This document shows, in pieces, positions 17,507 through 25,865 of a stretch of 61,089 nucleotides of DNA. The translations under genes were made by a program, and so were the position numbers. The notes under the pieces were generated by a model that ran no database searches, was not told the DNA's origin, and saw only the letters and a list, made by a program, of their open reading frames with translations. Position 1 is the first letter of the stretch; every line of letters starts with the position of its first letter. The DNA comes from Thermoproteota archaeon (lineage in GTDB: Archaea; Korarchaeota; Korarchaeia; Korarchaeales; Korarchaeaceae): NCBI GenBank assembly GCA_027491415.1, contig JAOZFH010000013.1, positions 1 to 61,089 on the forward strand, written 5' to 3'.

Positions 17507-19495
17507 TCACCGGGCGGCTTCGGCCTTGGATCTCGACTCCTGAGCCGCCCTCAGCTTTTCAGCCAGCCTTGCCACCATCCGCTCGTAGGCGCCTCGGAAG
17601 CTCCTGTAGAACAGCTTCATGAGGTCGTAGACTATCAGCACGAAGAAGACCAGGAGAACGAGCAGCACGATCCGATCCGCCAGCTCTCCGAGGCCCGGCA
17701 GGCTAGAGACCCTCGGCGGGGCTATCCACATGAGGACGGTCAGGAAGCTCAGGTAGAGGAGGTCCACCAAGGCCCTGTTCACCGCGGCCTCCGTGACGGC
17801 GCCGAGCTTCCTCACCAGCCAGCCCGAGGTCAGGTCAACGAGATACTTGAGGGCCATCAGGATCCTGTACCCGAAGTAGACGACCGCCACCAGCTCGGCG
17901 AAGGCCAGCAGGTCGGCGGGCACTATTTGGAAGGGGCCTATCGTGATAGGCCCAAACCCGGCCAGCAGCCTCTCAACGACCCTGATTATGAACAGGGCTA
18001 AGGTGAGCTTGATTGCGCTGGACAGGAGCGTTCCGAGGGCCCTTTCCGCCCTCCTCAGCCTGCGCCTCCTGCTCACCGGCCTGGCCTCCACCTTCGGGGT
18101 GGGTTCTCTCCTCTCGGGCCTCTCAAAGGGGGCCCTCTTCCCGGGCTCGGGCCTTGTGAAGACCGTCCAAATCATAGCCGCCGAGAAAGCCGGGGGAATC
18201 GCCGCCATGTAAATCAGGAAGAGGTCTAGTCTGCCGGCGATCGCCGTCAGGGCAGCGACCAGGAGCCTGACATCCCTCCCGGCTGGGCTCCACGCCCGCA
18301 TCTCGACGACCCGGGGGTCCTCTCCCCAGCCGGCCAGGTGTGAGACATAGCTCGTGATGAAGACGTTCCCGGCCGCGGCGGCCACCGTGAGAAGGCCAAA
18401 CCTGTCAAGGGGCCACATCACAAGGCCAGAGGCGGCCACCAAGGCCAGGTCGGCGTACCTGTCGAGAAAGGCGTCGAACACCTTCCCGAACTTGCTGGCT
18501 CTCTGGAAGAGCCTGGCTACCTCGCCGTCCACGCCGTCGAGTATTGAAGAGAGCTGGATGAGTATTCCCCCTATCACCGCCCTCCCCAGCGCGATCAGAA
18601 CCGCGCCGCCGACGCACGTCAGGAATGAGACCGCCGAGATCAGGTTTGGGCTTATCGAGATGCCGCGCAGGAACAGCCAGACAGAGACCCTCGTGGAGAG
18701 GGGCCTGTTCATGTATCTGGACACCGGCCCGTCGCCAGGCTTCAGGAGGCTCCTCCTGAGGAGCTTGGGCAGGAGCTTTCGGGCCTCTCCCAGCTCCTCA
18801 GGCGTATCCACGTCCATCCAGAGCAGGCCCGTGACGTCGACGTAGTCTACCTCGCCCTTCCTAATGGCCCTCCTAAGCGCGTCGGCAACGGTGGCCTTCG
18901 GGCCTATCTCTGCTATGGTCTCCTCCACTATCCTCCTGGCGCCGACGGAGCAGTAGAAGAGGCCCGTGTCCACCCCGTAGTAGGGGGGAGCCTTCTTGCC
19001 GACCTGCTCCACCCTGCCCTCCCGGACGACGACCTTCAGGCCCTCCTCGATCTTGTCCCAGGGCGGGTTCCTGTCGAGACAGAGTGTGAACGCGGCGCCC
19101 CCTCCCTTCCTCAAGAGCCTCCTGAGGATGTCCGGTTCGAATATGTGGTCCGACATGAGGAGCAGGAACTCCTCGGAGTTCAGGGCCTCCATGCCAGCCC
19201 TCAGCGAGTAGAGGTTCCCAAAGCCCTCCTCGGCGTCCGTGGCGACTATCTCAACCGAGTCTCCGTATCTCTCGCGGAAGGCTTCCACGAGGCTGGGCCT
19301 CGTGACTATCACGACCCTCTGTATGCCCTCCTCCCTGAGCCACCTCAGAGTCAGGTCCATTATCGCCAGACCCGGGGCCAGCTCGAACAGGGACTTCGGC
19401 ATCTCCCGCGAGTAGGGCTCCATTCGAGTTGCCCTTCCCGCCGCCAGAATCAGAGCTGGGGGGCGCCTCACAGGGCCGCCCGGAAGGCCCCGCAT
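17507..19495 (-). CDS. Bifunctional IPCT/DIPPS-like nucleotidyltransferase + CDP-alcohol phosphotransferase, with extra C-terminal membrane domain
   Basis: ILAAGRATRM, LLMSDH, VDTGLF, WMDVDTPEE. KPGDGPVSRYMNRPLS, PNLIS, DGVDGEVAR, DAFLDRYAD. Confidence 0.88.
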   Translation of the reverse strand: MRGLPGGPVRRPPALILAAGRATRMEPYSREMPKSLFELAPGLAIMDLTLRWLREEGIQRVVIVTRPSLVEAFRERYGDSVEIVATDAEEGFGNLYSLRAGMEALNSEEFLLLMSDHIFEPDILRRLLRKGGGAAFTLCLDRNPPWDKIEEGLKVVVREGRVEQVGKKAPPYYGVDTGLFYCSVGARRIVEETIAEIGPKATVADALRRAIRKGEVDYVDVTGLLWMDVDTPEELGEARKLLPKLLRRSLLKPGDGPVSRYMNRPLSTRVSVWLFLRGISISPNLISAVSFLTCVGGAVLIALGRAVIGGILIQLSSILDGVDGEVARLFQRASKFGKVFDAFLDRYADLALVAASGLVMWPLDRFGLLTVAAAAGNVFITSYVSHLAGWGEDPRVVEMRAWSPAGRDVRLLVAALTAIAGRLDLFLIYMAAIPPAFSAAMIWTVFTRPEPGKRAPFERPERREPTPKVEARPVSRRRRLRRAERALGTLLSSAIKLTLALFIIRVVERLLAGFGPITIGPFQIVPADLLAFAELVAVVYFGYRILMALKYLVDLTSGWLVRKLGAVTEAAVNRALVDLLYLSFLTVLMWIAPPRVSSLPGLGELADRIVLLVLLVFFVLIVYDLMKLFYRSFRGAYERMVARLAEKLRAAQESRSKAEAAR

Positions 19496-19679
19496 TAAAC
19501 CCTTTGCCCACGCTCAATTTACAGACATAAAATAAGCCCTGTGGGCACGAGGGAGCCGCAGATTGTGGAACTGGTCGCCCGCGCGCATCAACCCCCCATA
19601 TTTTCTCGGTGACGTCATCAGCGATAAGAGGTTCCCGTCTTGACCGTTTTCAATCGAGGTCGAGTTGTACCTGCCCCCT

Positions 19680-19912
19680 CGCCCTCTCGGTGATCCCCTC
19701 CTTGACCTCGCACGAGTCAGGGCAGGGGTACGTCTGGATCCCTCCGGGGGTGAGGGGTGGGCCGAGACTCAGAGGGGCTTCAGCGGCTTCCGTCGGGAGT
19801 TCGAGAGGTCTGGAAACGATCCGGCCGGGTAAACTCAGCTGCAGAGTCGGCAAGGTGGCCGGGCCAGAGCTGAGACGGGTCGAGGAGCGTCTGGCGGACT
19901 TCGGCCTTCCGC
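19680..19912 (+). pseudogene. PemK/MazF toxin remnant
   Basis: VIPSLTS...VWIPPG..GG...ETIRPGKLSCRVGKVAGPELRRVEERLADFGL resembles the C-terminal half of MazF. The N-terminal half is missing. Confidence 0.5.
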
Positions 19913-20132
19913 GGAGGCGGCGCTGTCGAACGACTGCGAGTCGGATCTGGCCGCCGTCCGAGAGGCGCTGGGCGAGCCTGAGACCAGTGGAGATCGACTT
20001 TAGAGGCGGGAGTCCCTCCTAAAGGAGGGAAGAGAGTGGCAGGGGCCGTTCGGCGGTACCGACAGGCGGTGTCCGGAGGTTCAGGCTGGGAGGGTGGGGA
20101 GGAGAGAAGGGAGGGGGGAGCGGTCGCCCCAA

Positions 20133-21842
20133 TCACGAGGGCGGGGCGAAGATGGAGAACTTCCTCAGCCTGGCCCTCAGCTCCATCAGGGCGATCACGT
20201 TGATGGCCGATATCGAGCCGACGACCCTGGTCCCCTCCTCGACGACGGGCAGGCAGGCGACGCCGTACTCGTACATCTTGTGAACGGCAGCCTCTACCGG
20301 TTCCTCCGGCTCCACGAATGGGTATCCGAGCCTCGCGACGTCCCCGACCATCGTCTTCTCCCAGAGCTCCGGCGCAAGCCTCTCGACGTCCTCCACCTCG
20401 ATGACGCCGATCACCCTGCCATTCTCGACGACTGGGTAGGTGAGGAACTCCGGGTGCTTGATCAGGATCTCGTCGACGAACTCCTTCAGGGTCGCCCTAG
20501 CGTCGACCGTCGGAGGGGCGGGGCCCATGACCTCCCTCACGGGGATGTCTCCGATGTCCTGGAGGCCGATCCTCTCCATCAGCCTCTGGTTCTTGGGCAG
20601 GGAGGTCGGACCCGAGATGAGGTAGGCCGCGGCCGAGGCGACGATGCTCGGGATCAGGTAGAACTCGGAGCCGGTGGTCTCGGCCACGAAGGCCACGGAG
20701 GTCAGCGGGGTCTTGAAGCCGGCCGACAGCATGGCCGACATGCCCAGGGCCACGAAGAGGTCCTCGTTCCTCCCAAGCGTCTGCCCCCAGACTGCCCCGA
20801 GGGCGGAGCCCATCACGATCGTGGGTATGAAGACGCCCCCCACCCCGGCACCTCCGAGGGTCAGGGCCGTGGTGAGCGCCTTGAGGAGGAGCATTGTCGC
20901 GAAGAACTCGGCGCCCCAGCGGGAAGCCAGGGCGCCCCTCACGAGGTCGTAGCTGGTGCCCAGGGGGTGGGGCCCTCCGAAGAAGGTCACCGAGGTGAGA
21001 CCGATCAGGCCAACCCCGAGCCCGCTGAGGAAACCCCTAAGGGTGTACGGCGTGTCCTCTCCCCAGACCGACTCCACGGCATTGATGAGTTTCACAAATC
21101 CGACCGAGGCCGCCCCGGCGACCAGACCCTCGGCTACGGCGAAGAGCACTATGAAGAGGTCAACCGAGGCGTACACCGAGGGGTAGCGGAATATGGGCTT
21201 CGTGCCGAGTATCGAACACAGGGTCAGGTAAGAGGCCACAGAGGCGACCAGGGCGGGCACGACCGCCTTGTGCTCCAGTCCCTCCTTGTACGGGACCTCC
21301 AAGGCGAAGATCAGGCCGGTCAGCGGGGCCTTGAAGACGGCGCCTATGCCGGCGGCCGCGCCGGTCATCAGGAGGATCCTCCTGTCGGTGCGAACGCCGA
21401 GCCTCCTTATCAGCCGCTCGAGGGCCACCCCAACCCCGCCGCCTATGTGAATGCTCGGCCCTTCCAGGCCGGCGCTTCCCCCCAGCCCTATCGTTGTCGC
21501 GGACGCGACGGCCTTGGGCATGAGGTCCCTTATCTCCAGCCTCCCATTCCTCTCGTGGTAGGCCTCGAGGACCTCCTCAGTGCCGTGCATGTCGGGATCA
21601 ATCGTCAGCCTGTCCCTGATCACCCCGGTAAGGGTCAGTCCCGCCACCGGAGCCATGAGCGCAAGGAGGGGGTACCTGACCATCAGCTCCTGTAGCGCCT
21701 CCCAGGGTCTAGCGACGGCGAAGTCGAGGCCTGCGACGGCGACCCCAGTGGCCACCCCGATCAGGGCGGCCGTTACGAACCACTTGGCGAGGTTGGCCCC
21801 CAGGATCTTGGGACCCCCGGGGAAGGAGCGGAGCGGTATCAT
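20133..21842 (-). CDS. ClC family anion channel/antiporter with CBS pair
   Basis: GGSAGLEGP, GAAAGIGAVFKAPLTG.IFALE, GGVFIP, FKTPLTSV, two C-terminal CBS domains. Confidence 0.93.
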   Translation of the reverse strand: MIPLRSFPGGPKILGANLAKWFVTAALIGVATGVAVAGLDFAVARPWEALQELMVRYPLLALMAPVAGLTLTGVIRDRLTIDPDMHGTEEVLEAYHERNGRLEIRDLMPKAVASATTIGLGGSAGLEGPSIHIGGGVGVALERLIRRLGVRTDRRILLMTGAAAGIGAVFKAPLTGLIFALEVPYKEGLEHKAVVPALVASVASYLTLCSILGTKPIFRYPSVYASVDLFIVLFAVAEGLVAGAASVGFVKLINAVESVWGEDTPYTLRGFLSGLGVGLIGLTSVTFFGGPHPLGTSYDLVRGALASRWGAEFFATMLLLKALTTALTLGGAGVGGVFIPTIVMGSALGAVWGQTLGRNEDLFVALGMSAMLSAGFKTPLTSVAFVAETTGSEFYLIPSIVASAAAYLISGPTSLPKNQRLMERIGLQDIGDIPVREVMGPAPPTVDARATLKEFVDEILIKHPEFLTYPVVENGRVIGVIEVEDVERLAPELWEKTMVGDVARLGYPFVEPEEPVEAAVHKMYEYGVACLPVVEEGTRVVGSISAINVIALMELRARLRKFSIFAPPS

Positions 21843-22752
21843 CCAGCATCACCTCCGTAGGCGTCGGTCGAGTCCCTGCTCTCGGGCCCCTGGCTCGCTG
21901 AGAGTGGGATTGACGTGAGTATAAGGGCTGCCCCTGCCGCCTGCGCGGGGGTTAGCCCCTCGCCGAGCATGGCCCAAGAGAAGGCAGCGGCGAAGACCGG
22001 CTCGGCGAGGAGCCCCAGAGCGGCCGACTCCGGAGGAATCCTGGCCTGAGCCCACGCCTGGAGGAAGAACGCGAGCGCCGTGGCCAGGAGACCCGTGTAG
22101 GCCGCCGAGGCCGCTGCCGGCCATGTGGTCGGGAGTGACCTCTCGCCAAGCAGGGGAGAGAGGAGGGTCGCGAGGACGGGTGTCGGGAGGAACTGGCTCA
22201 GCGCCAGGCTGGCGGGGTCCGTGGACCTCGCCATGCGGTCCACGGCAACGACCTGCGCGGCCCATATGAACGCGCAGACCAGAGTAAGAGCGTCGCCCCT
22301 CGACAGGGGGATACCCCAGATGGCCCCGGTCAGCAGTCCGAGTCCGATTACGCCGAGGGAGACTGCCAGAATCGACCTGAAGGTGGGCCTCCTCCGGAAC
22401 GCGAGGAACTCTATAGCCGGTACCAGCGGGGCGTTGAGGCCGGTTATGAAGGCAGACTTGGTGGCCGAGGTGCCGGCCAGCCCCTCCAGCTGAAAGGCGA
22501 ACCCCAGGAACACCAGCACTCCGGTGGCCACGCCCCACTGAGTCACCTGGGGCCTCCTGCCGGTCAGCCTCATCCCACCCCAGAGGGCCACCGACGCGAG
22601 AGCGAACCTGGCGGCGAGAAAGGGCATCGGATCGGAGGTCTGGAAGGCGTGCTTCATCGCCGGGAATGTGCCCCCCAGAGGGCCGCCACCCCGAGTATCC
22701 CGGCGATGCCCTGAAGCCTCTGACGGCGAAGGCCGCGGAGACCTGTCCTCAA
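21839..22752 (-). CDS. EamA/DMT transporter, 5' frameshift in a G6 tract (pseudogene or sequencing error)
   Basis: FLAARF, GFAFQLEGL, SAFITGL, AFFLQAWAQ, AEPVFAA. From TTG 22752 the frame reads ..VAALWG and needs one more G at 22671-22676 to give GTFPAMK. Confidence 0.85.
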
Positions 22753-22903
22753 CCCGACTCTCGCCAGAGAGCCCCCGGCACGATTAATTCTTTCCCACCG
22801 GTCGTCCCCAGGACGGAAGCCGAACGTCTCCAGAACGCTCAGGTTTGACTACAGGGCCAGATCCCCCCTGATGACGGTGACGGCACCTCCCCCTATCCAG
22901 GCC
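22524..22903. repeat. Diverged direct repeat, copy A (eamA 5' + promoter + phzF 3' remnant)
   Basis: Aligns by eye with 24165-24533, e.g. GCGAACCTGGCGGCGAGA, TCTGGAAGGCGTGCTT, CGATTAAT, CCCCTGATGACGGTGACGGC, CCCCTATCCAGGCC. Confidence 0.85.
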
Positions 22904-23110
22904 GGCACTATCTCCCCCGGGGGCTCCCGGGTGAGGGCGTCAGTGATGCAAAACTTTTCACAGGCCACCCAAGTAAGGGGGACCATTTCTGGTAGCTGCC
23001 GGCGTTCGTCGCCGGGAGGCGGAGGGTCGAGGGTCTCCGGGGAAATACGATCAACGTTTTTACGTCCTGAGTGAATGATACGATGGCGATCCGCGGGGGA
23101 ATCGGGCAGA

Positions 23111-23500
23111 ATGACCAGGATAGACCTCACACGAGTTATGGAGGCTTTGATTCGGAGAGAGGAGATCCTATTCGCCTACATCTTCGGCTCAGCCGCCGAG
23201 CAGAGGGACTCGGAACTCAGCGATGTGGACATCGCAGTCTACCTGGACCCCTCTCTGCCGCGGACTAGGATGCTGGAGATATTGGCTGAGATCGCGAGCG
23301 AGCTCGAGCCTGGGCTCAAGGTGGACCTCGTCCTCCTCAACACGGCGTCGCCGAGCCTGGCCTTCGAGGCGATAAGGGGGAAGCCGGTCGTCGTCAGGGA
23401 CGAGGGCGCGCTGAAGGAGTTCGTCTACAGAACCCTCAAGGTGTATCACGACAGGAGGTACTACGACTTGAGATGGGCGAGGGCGGTCCTAGCGAGGTGA
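23111..23500 (+). CDS. mntA: MntA-type nucleotidyltransferase antitoxin
   Basis: AYIFGSAAE...SDVDIAVY and VDLVLLNTASPSLAFEAI motifs. Confidence 0.9.
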   Translation: MTRIDLTRVMEALIRREEILFAYIFGSAAEQRDSELSDVDIAVYLDPSLPRTRMLEILAEIASELEPGLKVDLVLLNTASPSLAFEAIRGKPVVVRDEGALKEFVYRTLKVYHDRRYYDLRWARAVLAR

Positions 23501-23944
23501 GTGAGGATGTACTTTGCTGAGAAAGTGTCCAGAAAGATAGCCGTCCTTGAGAGAGCGTTGGGCTACCTCAGATCCAGGGCAGACGTGACTCCTGAGCAGA
23601 TCGAGGAAAACTATGAACTGAGGAGCGCCTTGGAGAGGAACTTCCAGGTCGCGATAGAGGCGGCGCTGGACATAGGAGAGATGATAATCGCTGAGGAGGG
23701 ACTCCCCAGGCCAGAGGAGTACAGGGGGGTATTCCTAGAGCTCGGGAGGGCGGGCATACTCCCGAAGGATTTTGCAGAGAGGATAGCGCCCATGGCTGGC
23801 TTCAGGAACGTGCTGGTACACCAGTACGATGTGGTGGAGCCAGAGCGTCTGTGCGAGTTTCTGAGAGATAGGCTCGCCGATCTGGAGGACTTCCTCAAGT
23901 GTGTGAGGGCCTACATGAGGAGGAAGGGCGTCGCCCAGCCCTAA
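23501..23944 (+). CDS. hepT: HepT/DUF86 HEPN RNase toxin
   Basis: ALERNFQVAIEAALDI and GFRNVLVHQY (Rx4HxY). Confidence 0.92.
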   Translation: MRMYFAEKVSRKIAVLERALGYLRSRADVTPEQIEENYELRSALERNFQVAIEAALDIGEMIIAEEGLPRPEEYRGVFLELGRAGILPKDFAERIAPMAGFRNVLVHQYDVVEPERLCEFLRDRLADLEDFLKCVRAYMRRKGVAQP

Positions 23945-24164
23945 TCGCTTTCGGAGACGGTGCTGGAGATGCACCCCTATTGACAGGTCCTGGCTTAAGC
24001 GGCTCCGAGGTGAGCCGATGCCTCCCCGTGCGAGGTCGGGCCAGGGGGATGTAGGTCGAGAGCAGCACAGCGCCAAGCCCGATACCCTACCTTGAGATTT
24101 TCCCCGGGCCCCTCCCACCCCCCGGCGCGGCGCTTCAATTCGGGATGATGACAAGGAGACGCGC

Positions 24165-24533
24165 GTGGCGACCCCCCTGACGTGCTACCCCGAGCCTCCT
24201 GCCTGCCAGCTTGGCCCCGCCCAGATGGCCGCCGACGCGAACGCGAACCTGGCGGCGAGAGGGCGCTGGGTCGGACATCTGGAAGGCGTGCTTTATCGCC
24301 GGAAAAGTCCCGGTCCTGAGCGCGGCGGCGGTAAGTGTTCCCGCGATCCCGGAGGCCGCCCCGGCAGATCGCCCGCCGCCCCTCTAGTTCAACTCCAGGC
24401 CGCGGTCGGCGGGCCGATTAATGCTTTCTCCTCCTCGGCCCCCCACAGGGGTCAGGCAACCCTCCTGGCCTGACCGGGTTCGAGGGCCAGCTCTCCCCTG
24501 ATGACGGTGACGGCCTCTCCCCCTATCCAGGCC
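24165..24533. repeat. Diverged direct repeat, copy B (decayed eamA 5' fragment + promoter + intact phzF 3' end)
   Basis: Homologous to 22524-22903. The eamA portion carries indels. Confidence 0.85.
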
Positions 24534-25324
24534 CGCCCTCCCTCGTCAACCCACGCCCTGACGACGCCGACCCTGCCGAAGGCGTGCCCCTGCCTGACCT
24601 CCACGGCCTCCAGCCTCATGTATGAGCTGGCGTACGCGGCGAGGCAGGCGGCGCCGGTGCCCGTGACCGGATCTTCCTCCACGCCTATGGCCGGGGCGAA
24701 AGCCCTCGCCACGAACTCGCCCGAGCCAGAGAAGGTGTAGATCCCCACGGCGCCTAGATCCACGCTTAGCGCCCTTATGGACTCGAATTTCGGCCTAGCG
24801 GAGAGGATGGCCTCCACAGACTTCAGGGGAACCATCAGCCAAGGGAGGCCGACCGACACCCGGGCGACCGGGATGGCGTGATCCACGTTCGCTGGGTCGA
24901 CCCCGAGCGCCTCAGCAACCCGGGCCCTCTCCACCTCGAGCGGCCTTACTCTGGTCTCGGCCATCCGTATAGCATACGTGGGATCTCCTCCCACGCTGGC
25001 CACCAGCTCGCCAGCATTCGTGGTTACCCTCATCAGCCCCTCTCTGACGAGTCCCACCTCGTGGAGCGCGTGGAGAGCGGCTACGGTGCCGTGCCCACAG
25101 GCGTCCACCTCCACCCCCGTGGGCGTGACGAACCTGAACCGCGGGACCCCTCCTACCGGCCTGTACACAAACACGGTCTCTGAGCTGGCTATCTCGCCGG
25201 GGAGTCTCCTGACAACGCCGTCAGGTAGGGCGTCGGCCCAGTAGACGACGCCTGCCCGGTTCCCACCGAAGGGGTCTCGGGTGAAGGCGTCGATGACGCA
25301 GACCCTGATCAAGGGCCCACCCAC
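24452..25324 (-). CDS. PhzF family isomerase/epimerase
   Basis: IDAFTRDPFGGNRAGVV, SETVF, EVDACGHGT, ARAFAPAIGVEEDPVTGTG, QGHAFGR. Confidence 0.93.
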   Translation of the reverse strand: MGGPLIRVCVIDAFTRDPFGGNRAGVVYWADALPDGVVRRLPGEIASSETVFVYRPVGGVPRFRFVTPTGVEVDACGHGTVAALHALHEVGLVREGLMRVTTNAGELVASVGGDPTYAIRMAETRVRPLEVERARVAEALGVDPANVDHAIPVARVSVGLPWLMVPLKSVEAILSARPKFESIRALSVDLGAVGIYTFSGSGEFVARAFAPAIGVEEDPVTGTGAACLAAYASSYMRLEAVEVRQGHAFGRVGVVRAWVDEGGRAWIGGEAVTVIRGELALEPGQARRVA

Positions 25325-25375
25325 CCGCCGCGCCGCCCCATATCTAATAACTGCGGGCGAGCCAAAAAGGGGCCT

Positions 25376-25600
25376 TTGGTCGCCGGGACTGATCTGCGCA
25401 GGGCCGCCGAGATCCTAGCGTCTTCCTCTCGAGCGGTTGCGTACACGGGAGCTGGCGCGCGCGGCGACCCCCTGAGGCCTTCAGTAGGGACCCAAGGAGG
25501 GTCTGGGAGTGGTACGCCTGGGGGTAAGGAAGGTGCTCTCTACGGTGCCCACGTGGCCCACAGAGTGCACGAGGGGACCTCGAACTTGCCCAACCTACTG
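25376..25600 (+). pseudogene. Sir2/CobB NAD-dependent deacylase remnant
   Basis: AAEILASSSRAVAYTGAG, then after an internal deletion TPEAFSRDPRRVWEWYAW in another frame. Confidence 0.75.
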
Positions 25601-25649
25601 CTCCTGGGAGCGCGGCCCTTTAATTTGGAGTTCGATCCGGGGATTTCAC

Positions 25650-25859
25650 GTGGACCCGTCGATCCTGCACGACATGATGTCCATGCTCATCATCGTGCTC
25701 GGGCTCGTGATAGTCATACTACTACTCAAGGCCGTGCTGATGCTACTCATCCCTGGGGCCGTGGGGGTGGCTGTGTACTGGCTTACGGGGAACCTCAGGT
25801 GGGCGGCGCTGGCTTTCCTAGCCGTAATAATAATCGAGGTACTGAAGGGAAAGAAGTGA
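25650..25859 (+). CDS. Small hydrophobic membrane protein
   Basis: About 69 aa with 2-3 TM helices and a KGKK end. TTTAATTT about 30 nt upstream. Confidence 0.6.
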   Translation: MDPSILHDMMSMLIIVLGLVIVILLLKAVLMLLIPGAVGVAVYWLTGNLRWAALAFLAVIIIEVLKGKK

Positions 25860-25865
25860 GGGGCT

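Noticed and set aside
24140-24185. C/D-box sRNA candidates (RTGATGA at about 24145, 39473, 43046 and 45315)
   Set aside because: No properly spaced D'/C'/D boxes. Several lie within gene remnants.
22524-24533. Repeat pair as a diversity-generating retroelement TR/VR
   Set aside because: Differences are not adenine-specific, include indels, and no reverse transcriptase is present.
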